A stretch of 64,000 nt of DNA, from positions 13,010 to 77,009 of the forward strand of contig JBJEHN010000045.1 of NCBI GenBank assembly GCA_051876105.1. Direction: 5' to 3'. Below, piece by piece: positions 45,307 through 55,853 of this stretch. A model generated the notes under the pieces. The model did no database searches. It was not told the origin of the DNA and was given only the letters and a program-made list of their open reading frames with translations. Positions within the stretch are counted from its first letter, which is position 1. Every line of letters starts with the position of its first letter. The stretch is from Coriobacteriales bacterium. Lineage in GTDB: Bacteria > Actinomycetota > Coriobacteriia > Coriobacteriales > QAMH01. The position numbers and the translations under genes were made by a program.

Positions 45307-48072
45307 TTGAGCATCACCCGCATAGACTGCATCTCCACCGCCCAGCTGCACAGCGAGCTGGAGCGGGTCGCCGCCCAAGCCGTGGGGCAGCACGGGGCGG
45401 TTGACGTGCTGGTGGGCAGCCCCGCCCAGGCAGATGCCGTCAAGCTCGCCCTCATGGGGGCGGTGCCCCTGGGCGCCCGCGTGCTCGCCCTGCCGCATTG
45501 GCTGGAAGAGCAGTGGGCCCTGTGGGGCAGCGGCGCGCCCTTGGTCAGCGCCCAGCAGCGCCATGTGCTGCTGCGGCCGCTGCTGCGCCAGGCGGCCGGC
45601 ATGGAGCCCTCCAGCGCCTATGTGGAGGCCTTCTGCTCCTTCGTGCAAGACGCCCTGGCCGCCGGCGGTCGCCCTGCGGAAGAACCCTTGGCCCAGGCGC
45701 TGGAGGCCTACCTGCAGCTGCTCGGGCAGCGCGGCTTGCAAGAGCCCGCCCTCATCCAGCAGCAGCTGGCCCAAGCCTTGAAGGGCAGGGCGCTCGTCTT
45801 CGTGGAGCCCTGCGAGTCGCACGCCTGCACGCGCCTGCTCGTCGAGCGCCTGGGTGCCAGCGCCCAGGTGGCGGTGCTGCAGCGCCAGCTGCCCTGCAAC
45901 GCCGAGCCGGGGCTGGCCGCGCAGTGCTGCGGCCAGGGCGAGCTGGGCCTGCTGCGCCAGCGCCTCTACACCGGCCAGGGTGGGCTCGAGCCCACCGGCG
46001 CCTTCACCGCTGCAGAGGTCCAGGGCATCCACGCAGAGCCCGCAGCCGTGCTGCAGCTGGTGCAGCGCTGGCTCGGCGCGGGTGTGCGCCCCGAGCAAGT
46101 GGCCGTGCTCATGCCCCAAGCCGCCCAGGCCTGCCCGGCCATCGTGCAGCAGCTGGCAGACGCCGGCATCCCCGTGGAGTGCCGCTACCAGCTGCCGCTC
46201 AGCCAGACGGGCTTCGGCGCGGCGTTCCTGCAGCTCGAGCGCCTGCTCGGCCCGGAGGACGACGGCTTTGAGAACAGCGCCGCCTTCATCGCCAGCCCCT
46301 ACAGCGGCCTTGCCGCGCAAGACGCCCGCGGCTTCGCCGCCGTGTGGAGGAGCCAGGCGGGCTCCACCCATGGCCGCCGCCTGGACGACCTCTCCTGCGG
46401 GCTCAAGGGGCGCGTGGGCTCCAAGGTCTGGGGCGCCAAGCTCGCGCGCGTGCGCCAGCTGCTGGCCGCCCCCGGCCCCGCGGAGCGCGTGCGCCTCATG
46501 TACCAGAACGCCCGCGAGCTCGCCTTCGACGCCGCCCGCCTGGCAGATGACGCAGCGGTCGCAAACGCCCTGCTCGCGTACCTGCAGCTGTGCGAGCAGC
46601 TGGCAGAGCCCCCCTGCCTGGAAGACGCCGCGGCGCTCCCCGTGAGCCTGGCCTGCGCGGCAGGCGAGGGCCCCGCGCTGCGGATCGCGGGAGCGGGCCA
46701 GCTCGGTAGCGTGAGGGGCGCTGAGTACCTGGTCTTCGCCCGCTTGGACAAGGAGAGCTACCCCATGGCAAGCTCGCCTGCCCCCTTCGACGGCTACCTG
46801 GAGCGCATGGGCGCCCCCGTCCTGCAGGGCACGGCCCTGCGCAACAGGGTGCTCCTGCTCGATGCCCTGGAGACAGCGCGCGGCGGCTTTTCCTGCTACC
46901 GCCTGGCCACCACAGAGGAAGGCGACCCGAGCTGCCAGAGCGCCCTGTGGGACGAGCTCATGGCCGCCTACCGCCTCCCCGGCCAGGAGGGCCTGGCGCC
47001 GCACGAGCTCTCGCCGGCGCTTGCCGCCCGGGGGTGCGGGCTGTGCGTCTGCGAGGGCGAGCTCTTTGCCCAGGGGGCCGCACCCTCGAGCCCACGGCTC
47101 TCCGTGCGCCGCGGCGAGGTGGGCCCGGAGGCCCTGGACCTGGTCTTTCCGGACGAGCCCACATATGGCGAGACCTTCAGCCCCACCGCCATCGAGGACT
47201 ACTACCGCTGCCCCTACCGCTGGCTCATTTGCAGGCGCATCGGCGCGGGCTCGCCGGACAAGCCCTTCGACCAGATCGCCATGGGCAACCTGGCGCACGC
47301 CGTCTTCGAGCGCGTCTACCTGCTCATGCGCGAGCGCGGCCTGGAGCGCGTCACGCCTGGCAACCTCGAGCTCTGCCTGCAGGTTGCAGACGAGGCCTTC
47401 GACTACCAGCGCCAGCACGAGATAGACCGCCACCGCCTCAACCTCATGACCCAGCGCGACTGGGAGGAAAGCGAGCTCGTGCGCCGCCAGGTCAAGGCCC
47501 TGATCGAGCGCGATGCCAGCTTCCTGCCGGACTTCAAGCCCACCTACCTCGAGCTCAAGCTGGAGAACGAGGACGGCTCGCCCCTGCGCTACGCGGGCGT
47601 GCCGGTGCGGGGCAAGGTAGACCGCGTCGATGTAGACGGGCAGGGCCGCGCCGTCGTCATCGACTACAAGCTCAGCGGCCTGGACAAGGGCTACGGCCTG
47701 AGCGGGGAGGGCCTGCCCACCCGCATCCAGACAGACATCTACGCCACCCTGGTGCAGCGCTGCCTGCAGGAGCAGGGCGTGGCGGTGCAGGTGGTGGGCA
47801 GCGTCTACCGCAGCTACGCCAAGAACATGCTGCGCGGCGTGTACCAGGAGGGCATCGACTGGGGCCCGGAGGAGCAGCTGCGCCAAGACAAGGACGCCGT
47901 GCCCGGCGGCTGCCTCATGCAGAGCTACCCGGAGTACCTGGAGGCCGTGGAGCAGCAGGTCGAGGAGCTGATGGAGCACATGAGGCAGGGGGACGTGGAG
48001 CCCCGCCCCCTGTGCAGCGACGCATGCGAGTACTGCCTGGCAGAGCCGTTCTGCCCGCAGCGGAGGAGCTGA
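45307..48072 (+). CDS. addB: AddB-type helicase-nuclease subunit (PD-(D/E)XK nuclease with Fe-S cysteines), TTG start
   Basis: C-terminal VDRVD...VIDYK nuclease motif and Cys cluster CSDACEYCLAEPFC. Immediately precedes addA. Confidence 0.75.
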   Translation: MSITRIDCISTAQLHSELERVAAQAVGQHGAVDVLVGSPAQADAVKLALMGAVPLGARVLALPHWLEEQWALWGSGAPLVSAQQRHVLLRPLLRQAAGMEPSSAYVEAFCSFVQDALAAGGRPAEEPLAQALEAYLQLLGQRGLQEPALIQQQLAQALKGRALVFVEPCESHACTRLLVERLGASAQVAVLQRQLPCNAEPGLAAQCCGQGELGLLRQRLYTGQGGLEPTGAFTAAEVQGIHAEPAAVLQLVQRWLGAGVRPEQVAVLMPQAAQACPAIVQQLADAGIPVECRYQLPLSQTGFGAAFLQLERLLGPEDDGFENSAAFIASPYSGLAAQDARGFAAVWRSQAGSTHGRRLDDLSCGLKGRVGSKVWGAKLARVRQLLAAPGPAERVRLMYQNARELAFDAARLADDAAVANALLAYLQLCEQLAEPPCLEDAAALPVSLACAAGEGPALRIAGAGQLGSVRGAEYLVFARLDKESYPMASSPAPFDGYLERMGAPVLQGTALRNRVLLLDALETARGGFSCYRLATTEEGDPSCQSALWDELMAAYRLPGQEGLAPHELSPALAARGCGLCVCEGELFAQGAAPSSPRLSVRRGEVGPEALDLVFPDEPTYGETFSPTAIEDYYRCPYRWLICRRIGAGSPDKPFDQIAMGNLAHAVFERVYLLMRERGLERVTPGNLELCLQVADEAFDYQRQHEIDRHRLNLMTQRDWEESELVRRQVKALIERDASFLPDFKPTYLELKLENEDGSPLRYAGVPVRGKVDRVDVDGQGRAVVIDYKLSGLDKGYGLSGEGLPTRIQTDIYATLVQRCLQEQGVAVQVVGSVYRSYAKNMLRGVYQEGIDWGPEEQLRQDKDAVPGGCLMQSYPEYLEAVEQQVEELMEHMRQGDVEPRPLCSDACEYCLAEPFCPQRRS

Positions 48073-48075
48073 GCG

Positions 48076-51000
48076 ATGGCACACCTCACAGCAAGCCAGA
48101 AGACAGCCGTCGAGTGCGCGGGCAAACCGCTCTTCATCCAAGCGGGCGCCGGCACCGGCAAGACCTTCACGCTCACCAAGCGCCTGGCCTACGGCCTCTC
48201 CGAGGAAAGCGGCCCCGCACTGCCCGGCGTTGAGAGCGTCCTCACCATCACCTTCACCAACAAGGCGGCCGCCGAGCTGCTGGGCCGCGTGCGCGCCGAG
48301 CTGCGCGCCCAGGGCCTGGCGCAGGCCGCCCTGGGCATCGACGCCGCCTGGATCAGCACCATTCACAGCATGTGCAGCGCGCTGCTCTCGTCCCACGCCC
48401 TGGAGGCGGGCATCGACCCTGGCATGGAGCTGCTCTCCGAGGAGGAGTCAGACGCTCTCTTGCAGCAGGCGGTCGACCAGCTGCTGCCCGGCGAGCCCAT
48501 GCAAGAGCTGGTGCGCTGCTTTGGAACCAAGGGCGCCTGTGCGCTGGTGACCCAGCTCGCCCACCTGGTGGCCCTGGCGCCTGCCGGGGCGGCGGAGTTC
48601 AACCTGGGGCCGCAGGCGCCGGGCAACCCGCTCGCCTGCGTGCGCGGCCTGTTGGAGCAGCTCGAGGCATCGCTGGAGAGCCTCGAGGCCCTGGGCGTGC
48701 GCGAGGCGCCCAGCAAGGGCTGCGCGGCGGCCACGGAGCGGCTCGAGCTGCACATCCAGGCCGCGCGCGAGCTCTGCGCTGCGCCCGAGTGCGGCTGGCA
48801 GGAGCTAGCGGAGGCCCTGGGGCCCGTACCCCTGCCCAAGGGCGGCAACCTCAAGAAGGCCTTCCGCGAGGACTTCGCCATAGCGTGCGAGGCGCTGAGC
48901 AGCGTCCTTGCCCTGGCGGGCACCGCGCTCGCGCGCCAGCGCCTGGAGCGCGCCCTGGAGCTGGGTCAGCAGGCGGCGCTTGCACACGGCCGCCTCAAGG
49001 AGGCCCGCGGCGTGCAGGACACCAACGACCTCCTCATCAACGCTTACCGCCTGCTGGAGGGGCATCCCGCCATCGCCGGCGAGTACCGCCAGCGCTTCGG
49101 CAGCGTCATGGTGGACGAGTTCCAAGATACGGACTCCCTGCAGGTGGGCATCATCGGGCACTTCTGCGACGAGGCCCTCTCCACGCTCACCACCGTGGGA
49201 GACAAGCAGCAGAGCATCTACCGCTTCCGCGGTGCGGACCCGGCGGTCTACGACAGCGTCAAGGCCCGCATGCTCGCAGCCGGCGGCGCCAACGTCGCCT
49301 TGGACACGAACTTCCGCAGCCACCCGGGCATACTCTCGTTCGTGGAGGCGGTCTTCTCAAACCCCGGGTTCTGGGGCGACGAGTTCCTCTTCATCAAGGC
49401 GGGCGAGGCCAACGCCCGCAGCTGCGGCTGGATAGGGGAGGGCGCCCCGCGCGTGGAGCTGCAGCTCTGCGCGGGCAGCAAGAATCCGGAGGGCCGTGGC
49501 AGCAGCCCCGTTGCCAGCCTGCGCGAGGCAGAGGCGGAGCTCATCGCCGCGCGCTTCGAGGAGCTGGCGCGCGCCGGCGCGCCGTATGGGAGCATGGCGC
49601 TGCTCATGTTCTCCACCAAGGGTGCGGCACCCTACCTGGCGGCCATGCGCCGCCGCGGCATCCCCTGCGCCGTAAGCGGCGGCAGCGACTTCTACACCCA
49701 GCCGGAGGTCGTGCTCATGAGCTCGCTGCTGCGCGTGCTCGAGCTGCCCGACGACGACAAATCGCTGCTCGAGGTCCTGGCATCCCCGCTCTTCGACCTC
49801 CCAGACGGCGACCTGCTCGCGCTGCGCGCCATCGCCCGCCGCGAGCTGCGCAACCCCGGCCCAGAGGACATCCGCCCCCGTGTGAGCCTGTGGGACGCCC
49901 TCTGCGAGCAGGCCCAGCGCCTGCCGGAGCAGGGGGCCGACCCCCTCCTGCGCGCCCACAGCCTGCTGCAGCGCGCACTGGGGCAGCTCGGCACGCTCCC
50001 CCTGCACCAGCTGGTGCAGGAGCTGCTGCAAGACAGCGGCTGGCTGGAGGAGCTGAGGGAGGGCGGCGCCCAGGGCCAGGCGGTCGCCGCCAACCTCCAG
50101 CGCTTCTGCGACCTGCTGGCGCGCTTCGAGCGCAGCAACGGCCCCAGCGCCGTGGCAGCTGGCGAGCACTTCGCCTCGATGTGCCAGGCTGCACGGGAGG
50201 GCAGCGGCGCCAAGGGCAAGCCCGGCCGCATGGTGGGCAGGGGGCAAGACGCCGTGCAGGTCATGACTATCCACGCCAGCAAGGGTCTGGAGTTCCCCAT
50301 CGTGGCAGTGGCCCAGTTCGAGCGCAGCCAGAAGCGCACGGACGCTGCCCAGGCCTTCGCCCTCACAGAGGGGGACAAGCGCTACCTGCTGCTGCCGCTC
50401 AAGGCGCAGGGCAAGGGCGAGGAGCGCGTGCGCGAGCTCTGCGCCGCAGAGGGGCAGGAGCTGGGCGCCTTCGAGGCTGCCCGCAGCGCCGTGGGCTTCA
50501 GCGGCTACGGCATGCGCAAGGCTGATGTGGAAGAGCAGCAGGAGCAGGAACGCCTGCTCTACGTTGCCCTCACGCGCGCCCGCGACCTGCTGATCCTCTC
50601 CGCGTGCGACAAGAGCTGCGCCAGCACGGGCGTGCTCGCCCAGGGCAGCCTCTTCGAGCGCGTGGTGAGCGCCCTCTTCGGCGAGCTGCCCTCTTCTGAC
50701 GGCAGCTTCCGCCTGGGTAACGGCTGCCTGGTGGGCTGGCGCTGCAGCACGGTGCCCTACCGCGCCCCGCTGCCCGGGGAGGACGAAGAAGACGCCCCGG
50801 GCGAGCCCCTGCCGCTGCCCGAGCGCAGCCATGCGCTGGTTGAGCCGGGCACCCATGTGCCCCTGCGGCGCAGCCTGCGCCCGGCGCCGCGCGCCATCGG
50901 CTCATACAGCGCCCTTGGGTCCCAGCCCGCACAGGAGGTGGGGGAGGCCCCGGAGCTGGCAGAGCCCGCAAGCACCCAGGACGCCGCGGCGGCCCTGGGC

Positions 51001-51564
51001 TCTGCCTTCCACCTGGTGGCGCAGTGGCTCGCCCTGCAGCCCTGCCCCCTCGCGCTGGGCGCCGGGCAGCTGGAGGGGCGCGTCGCCGCCGCTGCGGCAC
51101 GCTACGGGCTGGGTGCCGAGCAGCGCAGCCGCCTGGAGCAGGCGGTTGCGGCGTGGGCGGCTTCGGAGCGCTTTGCGGGGCTGGCGGCGTGGGAGCGCCT
51201 GCTGCCCGAGCACCCCTTCTGTGTGCAGGGGCCCTGTGGGGCCCTCGAGGGCTACCTCGACCTGCTGTGTAGCAACCCGGGCAGCGGCAGTGCCCTGGTC
51301 ATCGACTACAAGACGGGCTTCTCCGGCACGCAGGACGAGCTGCAGCAGCGCTACGCCCTGCAGGCGGCCGTCTATGCGTTCGCCCTGCTCAGCAGCGGGC
51401 TGCAGCAGGTGGAGCTCGCCTTCGTGCGCCCAGAGGCCGGCATGCAGGAACTCTGCTACTCCTACAGCGCCGGCGACCTGCCCGGGCTCGCAGAGCAGCT
51501 TGCGGTGGCGCAGGGGGCAGCTGCCGCTGAGCCGGTTGACCCTGCCGGGCCCTACGGCTTGTGA
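48076..51564 (+). CDS. addA: AddA-type UvrD/Rep helicase-nuclease subunit
   Basis: Walker A AGAGTGKT, DEFQDT, helicase motifs, and C-terminal nuclease LVIDYKTG. Confidence 0.85.
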   Translation: MAHLTASQKTAVECAGKPLFIQAGAGTGKTFTLTKRLAYGLSEESGPALPGVESVLTITFTNKAAAELLGRVRAELRAQGLAQAALGIDAAWISTIHSMCSALLSSHALEAGIDPGMELLSEEESDALLQQAVDQLLPGEPMQELVRCFGTKGACALVTQLAHLVALAPAGAAEFNLGPQAPGNPLACVRGLLEQLEASLESLEALGVREAPSKGCAAATERLELHIQAARELCAAPECGWQELAEALGPVPLPKGGNLKKAFREDFAIACEALSSVLALAGTALARQRLERALELGQQAALAHGRLKEARGVQDTNDLLINAYRLLEGHPAIAGEYRQRFGSVMVDEFQDTDSLQVGIIGHFCDEALSTLTTVGDKQQSIYRFRGADPAVYDSVKARMLAAGGANVALDTNFRSHPGILSFVEAVFSNPGFWGDEFLFIKAGEANARSCGWIGEGAPRVELQLCAGSKNPEGRGSSPVASLREAEAELIAARFEELARAGAPYGSMALLMFSTKGAAPYLAAMRRRGIPCAVSGGSDFYTQPEVVLMSSLLRVLELPDDDKSLLEVLASPLFDLPDGDLLALRAIARRELRNPGPEDIRPRVSLWDALCEQAQRLPEQGADPLLRAHSLLQRALGQLGTLPLHQLVQELLQDSGWLEELREGGAQGQAVAANLQRFCDLLARFERSNGPSAVAAGEHFASMCQAAREGSGAKGKPGRMVGRGQDAVQVMTIHASKGLEFPIVAVAQFERSQKRTDAAQAFALTEGDKRYLLLPLKAQGKGEERVRELCAAEGQELGAFEAARSAVGFSGYGMRKADVEEQQEQERLLYVALTRARDLLILSACDKSCASTGVLAQGSLFERVVSALFGELPSSDGSFRLGNGCLVGWRCSTVPYRAPLPGEDEEDAPGEPLPLPERSHALVEPGTHVPLRRSLRPAPRAIGSYSALGSQPAQEVGEAPELAEPASTQDAAAALGSAFHLVAQWLALQPCPLALGAGQLEGRVAAAAARYGLGAEQRSRLEQAVAAWAASERFAGLAAWERLLPEHPFCVQGPCGALEGYLDLLCSNPGSGSALVIDYKTGFSGTQDELQQRYALQAAVYAFALLSSGLQQVELAFVRPEAGMQELCYSYSAGDLPGLAEQLAVAQGAAAAEPVDPAGPYGL

Positions 51565-51639
51565 CATGCTGGTAGCCGTTGATGCGCCCGCACCCGCGGG
51601 CGCTCGCGCTTAAGGCCCCGCAGGGGCGGAGGGAAGGGT

Positions 51640-52482
51640 ATGGAACTGATCATCCAGGCGGTGCTGCTGGCCCTGGCTGGTTTTGTCATCGGCATATTCA
51701 GCGGCCTGCTGGGCGTGGGCGGCGGCACGGTGGTGGTGCCCGTCTTGCGCCTGGGCTTTGCCTTCGAGGCGGTGTGCGCCACGGCCACGAGTCTCTTCAC
51801 CATCATCTTCACGAGCATCGGCGGCACCATCACCCACCTGCGCAAGAAGACTGCGCTCCCCAAGCTCAGCATCTGCCTGGGCCTGGGCGGTGCCGTGACC
51901 AGCTCGCTGGGCGCGCTGCTGGGCTCCATCAGCCCCAGCTGGGCGGTGATGCTGGCGGCGGCGCTCGTCATCTTCTACAGCGGCTTCTCCATGCTGCGCA
52001 AGGCGCTCAAGCTTCCGCCCAAGTCGCGCGCGCAGGCTGCGCAGGGCGGTGAGGGCGGCCCGCTGCCCAAGGCGACGGTGGTGCCCCCTTCCGCCAGCTT
52101 CGAGTTCACGTGGAAGAAGGCCCTTGGCGGTTTTGCCGTCGGCTTGGCGGCCGGCCTTGCCAGCGGCTACGTGGGCGTGGGCGGCGGCTTCATCATGGTA
52201 CCCATGATGGTGGGCCTGCTGGGCGTGCCCATGTACATGGCAAGCGGCACCAGCCTGCTGGCCATCATGATCTTGGCCATCCCCGGCGTGGCCACCCAGC
52301 TCTACCTGGGCAACGTGGACGTGCTGGCTGGCATCTTCATCGCGCTGGGCTCCATCCCTGGCGCCATGGTGGGCGCGCGCTTCGTCACGCGCATCCCCGA
52401 GCGCCAGCTGCGCTTCATCTTCGCGGGCTTCCTGGCGGTTGCGGCAGTGCTGCTCCTGGCAAACGAGGCGGGCCTCTTCTAG
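51640..52482 (+). CDS. TSUP (TauE/SafE) family membrane permease, second copy
   Basis: GLLGVGGGTVVVP and GVGGGFIMVPMM repeats. Confidence 0.8.
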   Translation: MELIIQAVLLALAGFVIGIFSGLLGVGGGTVVVPVLRLGFAFEAVCATATSLFTIIFTSIGGTITHLRKKTALPKLSICLGLGGAVTSSLGALLGSISPSWAVMLAAALVIFYSGFSMLRKALKLPPKSRAQAAQGGEGGPLPKATVVPPSASFEFTWKKALGGFAVGLAAGLASGYVGVGGGFIMVPMMVGLLGVPMYMASGTSLLAIMILAIPGVATQLYLGNVDVLAGIFIALGSIPGAMVGARFVTRIPERQLRFIFAGFLAVAAVLLLANEAGLF

Positions 52483-52587
52483 GGCGCGGTGCTGGGCAGC
52501 CGCCCGGGCCTGGGTCTGCACCTGCACGCGGACAGTCGCGCCCGATATGGGGCATAATGCATAGATACGCCTGAAAAGGAGGCCGAC

Positions 52588-54699
52588 GTGTCTATCAGCT
52601 CCAGAAAGCGCGCCCAACGCACCAAGCCCCAGAAGCGCACCAGCGCGCTGGCGGTTGTGGGCGGCGCTGTCCTCGCAGTCTTCGTCGTCTGCGTGCTCGC
52701 AGTCGGCCTTGTGTGCGCCTCGTGGCTCAGGGATCTGCCCGACTACAGCAACATCGACCTCTACGCCAAGTCCGGCTACTCCACCATCTACGCCTCTGAC
52801 CGCAGCACCGTGCTGGGCAAGATCACCTTGGAGAACCGCATCGAGGTGGCCCGCAACGAGGTCTCAGACTACGTGGTAAAGGGAACGGTGGACACCGAGG
52901 ACGAGCGTTTCTACAGCCACAACGGCGTCGACCTCATGGGCATCGCCCGCGCCCTGGTGAACAACGTCACCGGCGGCTCGCGCGAGGGCGCCTCCACCAT
53001 CACCCAGCAGCTGGTCCGCAACACCGTCTTGCTCGACGAGATGAACTCCATCACCGTCGAGCGCAAGGTGAGGGAGATGTACATCGCCTTGAAGGTGGAG
53101 CAGGAGTACACCAAGGACCAGATCCTGATGATGTACATCAACGTCATCAACTACGGCAACGGCAACTACGGCATCGAGACCGCCGCGCAGGACTACTTCG
53201 GGTGCTCGGCCGCGGAGCTCACCCTGGCGCAGTCTGCCATGCTGGTGGCCATCCCGCAGTCGCCCACCGCCAACAACCCCCGCAACGACTACGAGCGCAA
53301 CCTCGAGCGCGCCCACCTGGTGCTCAATCGCATGCTCACGCACGGTGACATCACCCAGGAGGAGTACGATGCCGCCATGGCCGAGCGCCCCAAGCTCGCC
53401 AAGGCCAACAAGAAGAAGCGCAGCGATTACAACGCCAACCTGGCCCCGTACTTCGTCGACTACGTCAAGCAGCTGCTGCAGACCGACGAGTTCAACATCT
53501 CCGAGCTGGCGCAGGGCGGCCTGAACATCTACACCACGCTCGACCCACTGGCGCAGGCCGCGGCCAACGAGGCGGTCAAGAGCGGCCTGGAGGGCTATGA
53601 GAGCGGCTTCGACTGCTCGCTCACCAGCATCGACCCGGACAACGGCAACATCGTCGCCATGGTGGGCGGCGTCGACTACGCAGAGAGCCAGTTCAACCTG
53701 GCCACCCAGATGAGCCGCCAAGCGGGCTCCTCGTTCAAGCCCATCGCGCTGGTGGCGGCCATGGAGCAGGGCGTCGACCCGAACACCTACATCGACTCTT
53801 CCAGCCCCGCCCAGATCACCCCCACCTGGACGGTGAGCAACTCCGAGGGCGAGGGCAGGGGCAACATGTCGCTGCGCTCTGCCACCACCTACTCCGTCAA
53901 CACGGTCTACGCGCGCCTGGCCCACGGCATCGGGGCCGACTGCATCGTAGACACAGCGCATCGCCTGGGCATCCAGAGCGAGCTGCTGCCCTACGAGTCG
54001 ATCTGCCTGGGCGCCCAGGGCGTCAACACGCTCGAGATGGCCAGCGCCTACGCCACCCTGGCATCCGGCGGCATCTACCACGCGCCCACGGCCATCCTCG
54101 AGGTGGTCAACGTGAGGGGCGAGACCGTCTACTCCGCGCCGCCCAGCTTTGGCGAGCAGCGCATCTCGCCGGCCATCGCGCAGGAGGCGACCAAGATCCT
54201 CCAGACGGTTGTGGAAAGCGGCACCGGCACCGCGGCCTCGCTGTGGTGCGGGCAGGTGGCCGCCGGCAAGACCGGCACTTCTGAGAATGGCCGCGACCTG
54301 TGGTTCTGCGGGTTTACGCCGCAGCTCGCAACCGCGGTGTGGGCCGGCTACAGGGAAGAGAAGCCGACGGGCTACTACGGCGGCAGCACCTGCGCCCCCA
54401 TCTGGCGCGCCTACATGGACGCCGTGCTCGCAGACGCCCCCTACGAGGAGTTCCCCACCACGGAGGAAGAGCCCGAGTACACCTACGAGTGGGACTTTGC
54501 CGAGGACTACGGTTCTGACGAGGGCGAGGCCGCTGAGGAGGAGAAGCCCGAAGACGAGCAGCCCGAAGAAGAGGAGAAGCCCGGCAAGCCCTCGAAGGAG
54601 GATCCTGCCGAGCCGGAGCCTGTCGAACCCGAGCCCGAGCCAGAGCCCGTGCCCGAGCCGGAGCCGGAGCCCGAGCCCCAAGCGCTCGCGGAGGACTAG
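52588..54699 (+). CDS. Class A penicillin-binding protein (PBP1A; glycosyltransferase + transpeptidase) with Pro/Glu-rich tail, GTG start
   Basis: GT51 motifs EDERFYSHNGVD and GASTITQQL. Transpeptidase motifs SSFKP, SNS and KTGT. Confidence 0.9.
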   Translation: MSISSRKRAQRTKPQKRTSALAVVGGAVLAVFVVCVLAVGLVCASWLRDLPDYSNIDLYAKSGYSTIYASDRSTVLGKITLENRIEVARNEVSDYVVKGTVDTEDERFYSHNGVDLMGIARALVNNVTGGSREGASTITQQLVRNTVLLDEMNSITVERKVREMYIALKVEQEYTKDQILMMYINVINYGNGNYGIETAAQDYFGCSAAELTLAQSAMLVAIPQSPTANNPRNDYERNLERAHLVLNRMLTHGDITQEEYDAAMAERPKLAKANKKKRSDYNANLAPYFVDYVKQLLQTDEFNISELAQGGLNIYTTLDPLAQAAANEAVKSGLEGYESGFDCSLTSIDPDNGNIVAMVGGVDYAESQFNLATQMSRQAGSSFKPIALVAAMEQGVDPNTYIDSSSPAQITPTWTVSNSEGEGRGNMSLRSATTYSVNTVYARLAHGIGADCIVDTAHRLGIQSELLPYESICLGAQGVNTLEMASAYATLASGGIYHAPTAILEVVNVRGETVYSAPPSFGEQRISPAIAQEATKILQTVVESGTGTAASLWCGQVAAGKTGTSENGRDLWFCGFTPQLATAVWAGYREEKPTGYYGGSTCAPIWRAYMDAVLADAPYEEFPTTEEEPEYTYEWDFAEDYGSDEGEAAEEEKPEDEQPEEEEKPGKPSKEDPAEPEPVEPEPEPEPVPEPEPEPEPQALAED

Positions 54700-54701
54700 G
54701 C

Positions 54702-55295
54702 TTACACGCGCACGCCGCCCATGGCGAGGCTCAAGACGTCCCTGGTGAAGCGATAGCCGAAGGGCGGGTCCTCGTGCCAGTCGCCGCTGGCGTCGCGTAC
54801 CAGTGCGTCGAGCTCTGCGCCCTCCTGCAAGGTGAGGTACTCGTCGAACCAGACGTCGCGGTCGATGGCGAGCAGGCGGCCGCCCTCGCGCAGCACCACG
54901 GCCTGCACGAGCTTGAGCTTGTTGACGGGGATGCTGCCCTTGCACAGCTGCGCGGTGTCGACCACGAGGTAGATGTCATCCGGGATGAGGTCGATGCCCA
55001 CCTTGCGGGTGGTGTGCCTGCCGCGCGGGTGCCAGAGGGTGCGGCCGTCGTCTTCCTCGAGCGTGAGGACCGCGACCTCCTCCTCTTCGCAGGCAGGGCC
55101 CAGCGGGATGCGCTGGTGGGCGTTGCTCAGCAGGAGGCTGGGGCCGCCCTCGAACTCCAGGCGCAGGGTCTTGTAGGCGCGGTCTGGGGACTCGGCCATG
55201 ATGTAGGCCTCGAAGGCGTTGAGCCGTGCCCGCCCGATCAGCTGCTTGAGCAGCTGGGTTGCGGTGTCGTCGAACAGCCTCACGGTCTCGATCAC
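54702..55295 (-). CDS. Hypothetical protein (197 aa)
   Basis: GTG 55295 with a GGGAGG RBS. The ORF is open to 55367. No motif recognised. Confidence 0.5.
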   Translation of the reverse strand: MIETVRLFDDTATQLLKQLIGRARLNAFEAYIMAESPDRAYKTLRLEFEGGPSLLLSNAHQRIPLGPACEEEEVAVLTLEEDDGRTLWHPRGRHTTRKVGIDLIPDDIYLVVDTAQLCKGSIPVNKLKLVQAVVLREGGRLLAIDRDVWFDEYLTLQEGAELDALVRDASGDWHEDPPFGYRFTRDVLSLAMGGVRV

Positions 55296-55449
55296 GGCGG
55301 CCTCCCTTGCAGCGGAGCATACAGTGCGGCCCATGATACCGCGCCCCGCTCGGGGTATCGGGGGCAAAAAAATCCAAATTGGCAGCTATGCGGGTAGAGG
55401 CATGGGTTATACTCCTTACTCGCGCCTCATGGCGCGTTGAAAGGCTCAT

Positions 55450-55527
55450 GGTGGCTGTGGCGCAGTTGGTTAGCGCGCCAGATTGTGGCTCTGGAGATCG
55501 AGGGTTCGAATCCCTTCAGCCACCCCA
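55450..55527 (+). tRNA. tRNA-His (GTG) with encoded G-1 and CCA
   Basis: Cloverleaf folded by hand. Anticodon loop TTGTGGC; acceptor GTGGCTG/CAGCCAC preceded by an extra G. Confidence 0.9.
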
Positions 55528-55536
55528 GCTTTTCAC

Positions 55537-55612
<76 letters not shown>

Positions 55613-55623
55613 CCCAAACCACC

Positions 55624-55650
55624 CGCCCCTCGCACGAGGGGCGTTTTTGT
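55624..55650 (+). terminator. Terminator after tRNA-Lys copy 1
   Basis: GCCCCTC-GCAC-GAGGGGC followed by GTTTTTGTG. Confidence 0.7.
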
Positions 55651-55682
55651 GTCCCCTGTCATCTTTGTTTTGTTGATTTCTC

Positions 55683-55710
55683 TTGCGTTTGGCGAAGAAA
55701 CGTGTATAGT
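55683..55710 (+). promoter_or_regulatory. Candidate promoter for tRNA-Lys copy 2 (TTGCGT-16-TATAGT)
   Basis: Hexamers in an AT-rich spacer, with the -10 ending 15 nt before the tRNA 5' end. Confidence 0.4.
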
Positions 55711-55724
55711 ATCTCCTTGCGTTT

Positions 55725-55800
<76 letters not shown>

Positions 55801-55812
55801 CCCAAACCACCC

Positions 55813-55838
55813 GCCCCTCAATCGAGGGGCTTTTTTGT
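55813..55838. terminator. Terminator after tRNA-Lys copy 2 (possibly bidirectional)
   Basis: GCCCCTC-AATC-GAGGGGC followed by TTTTTTGTTG. Also lies just beyond the stop of the minus-strand LysR fragment. Confidence 0.7.
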
Positions 55839-55853
55839 TGGCCCTGCTCGGGC

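Noticed and set aside
44542-48396. 1284-aa ORF antisense to ppk/addB/addA (similarly 42522-45254 antisense to ppk)
   Set aside because: Same high-GC artefact. The product is Arg/Ala/Gly-rich with no domain signature, and the sense-strand genes have clear motifs and high third-position G/C.
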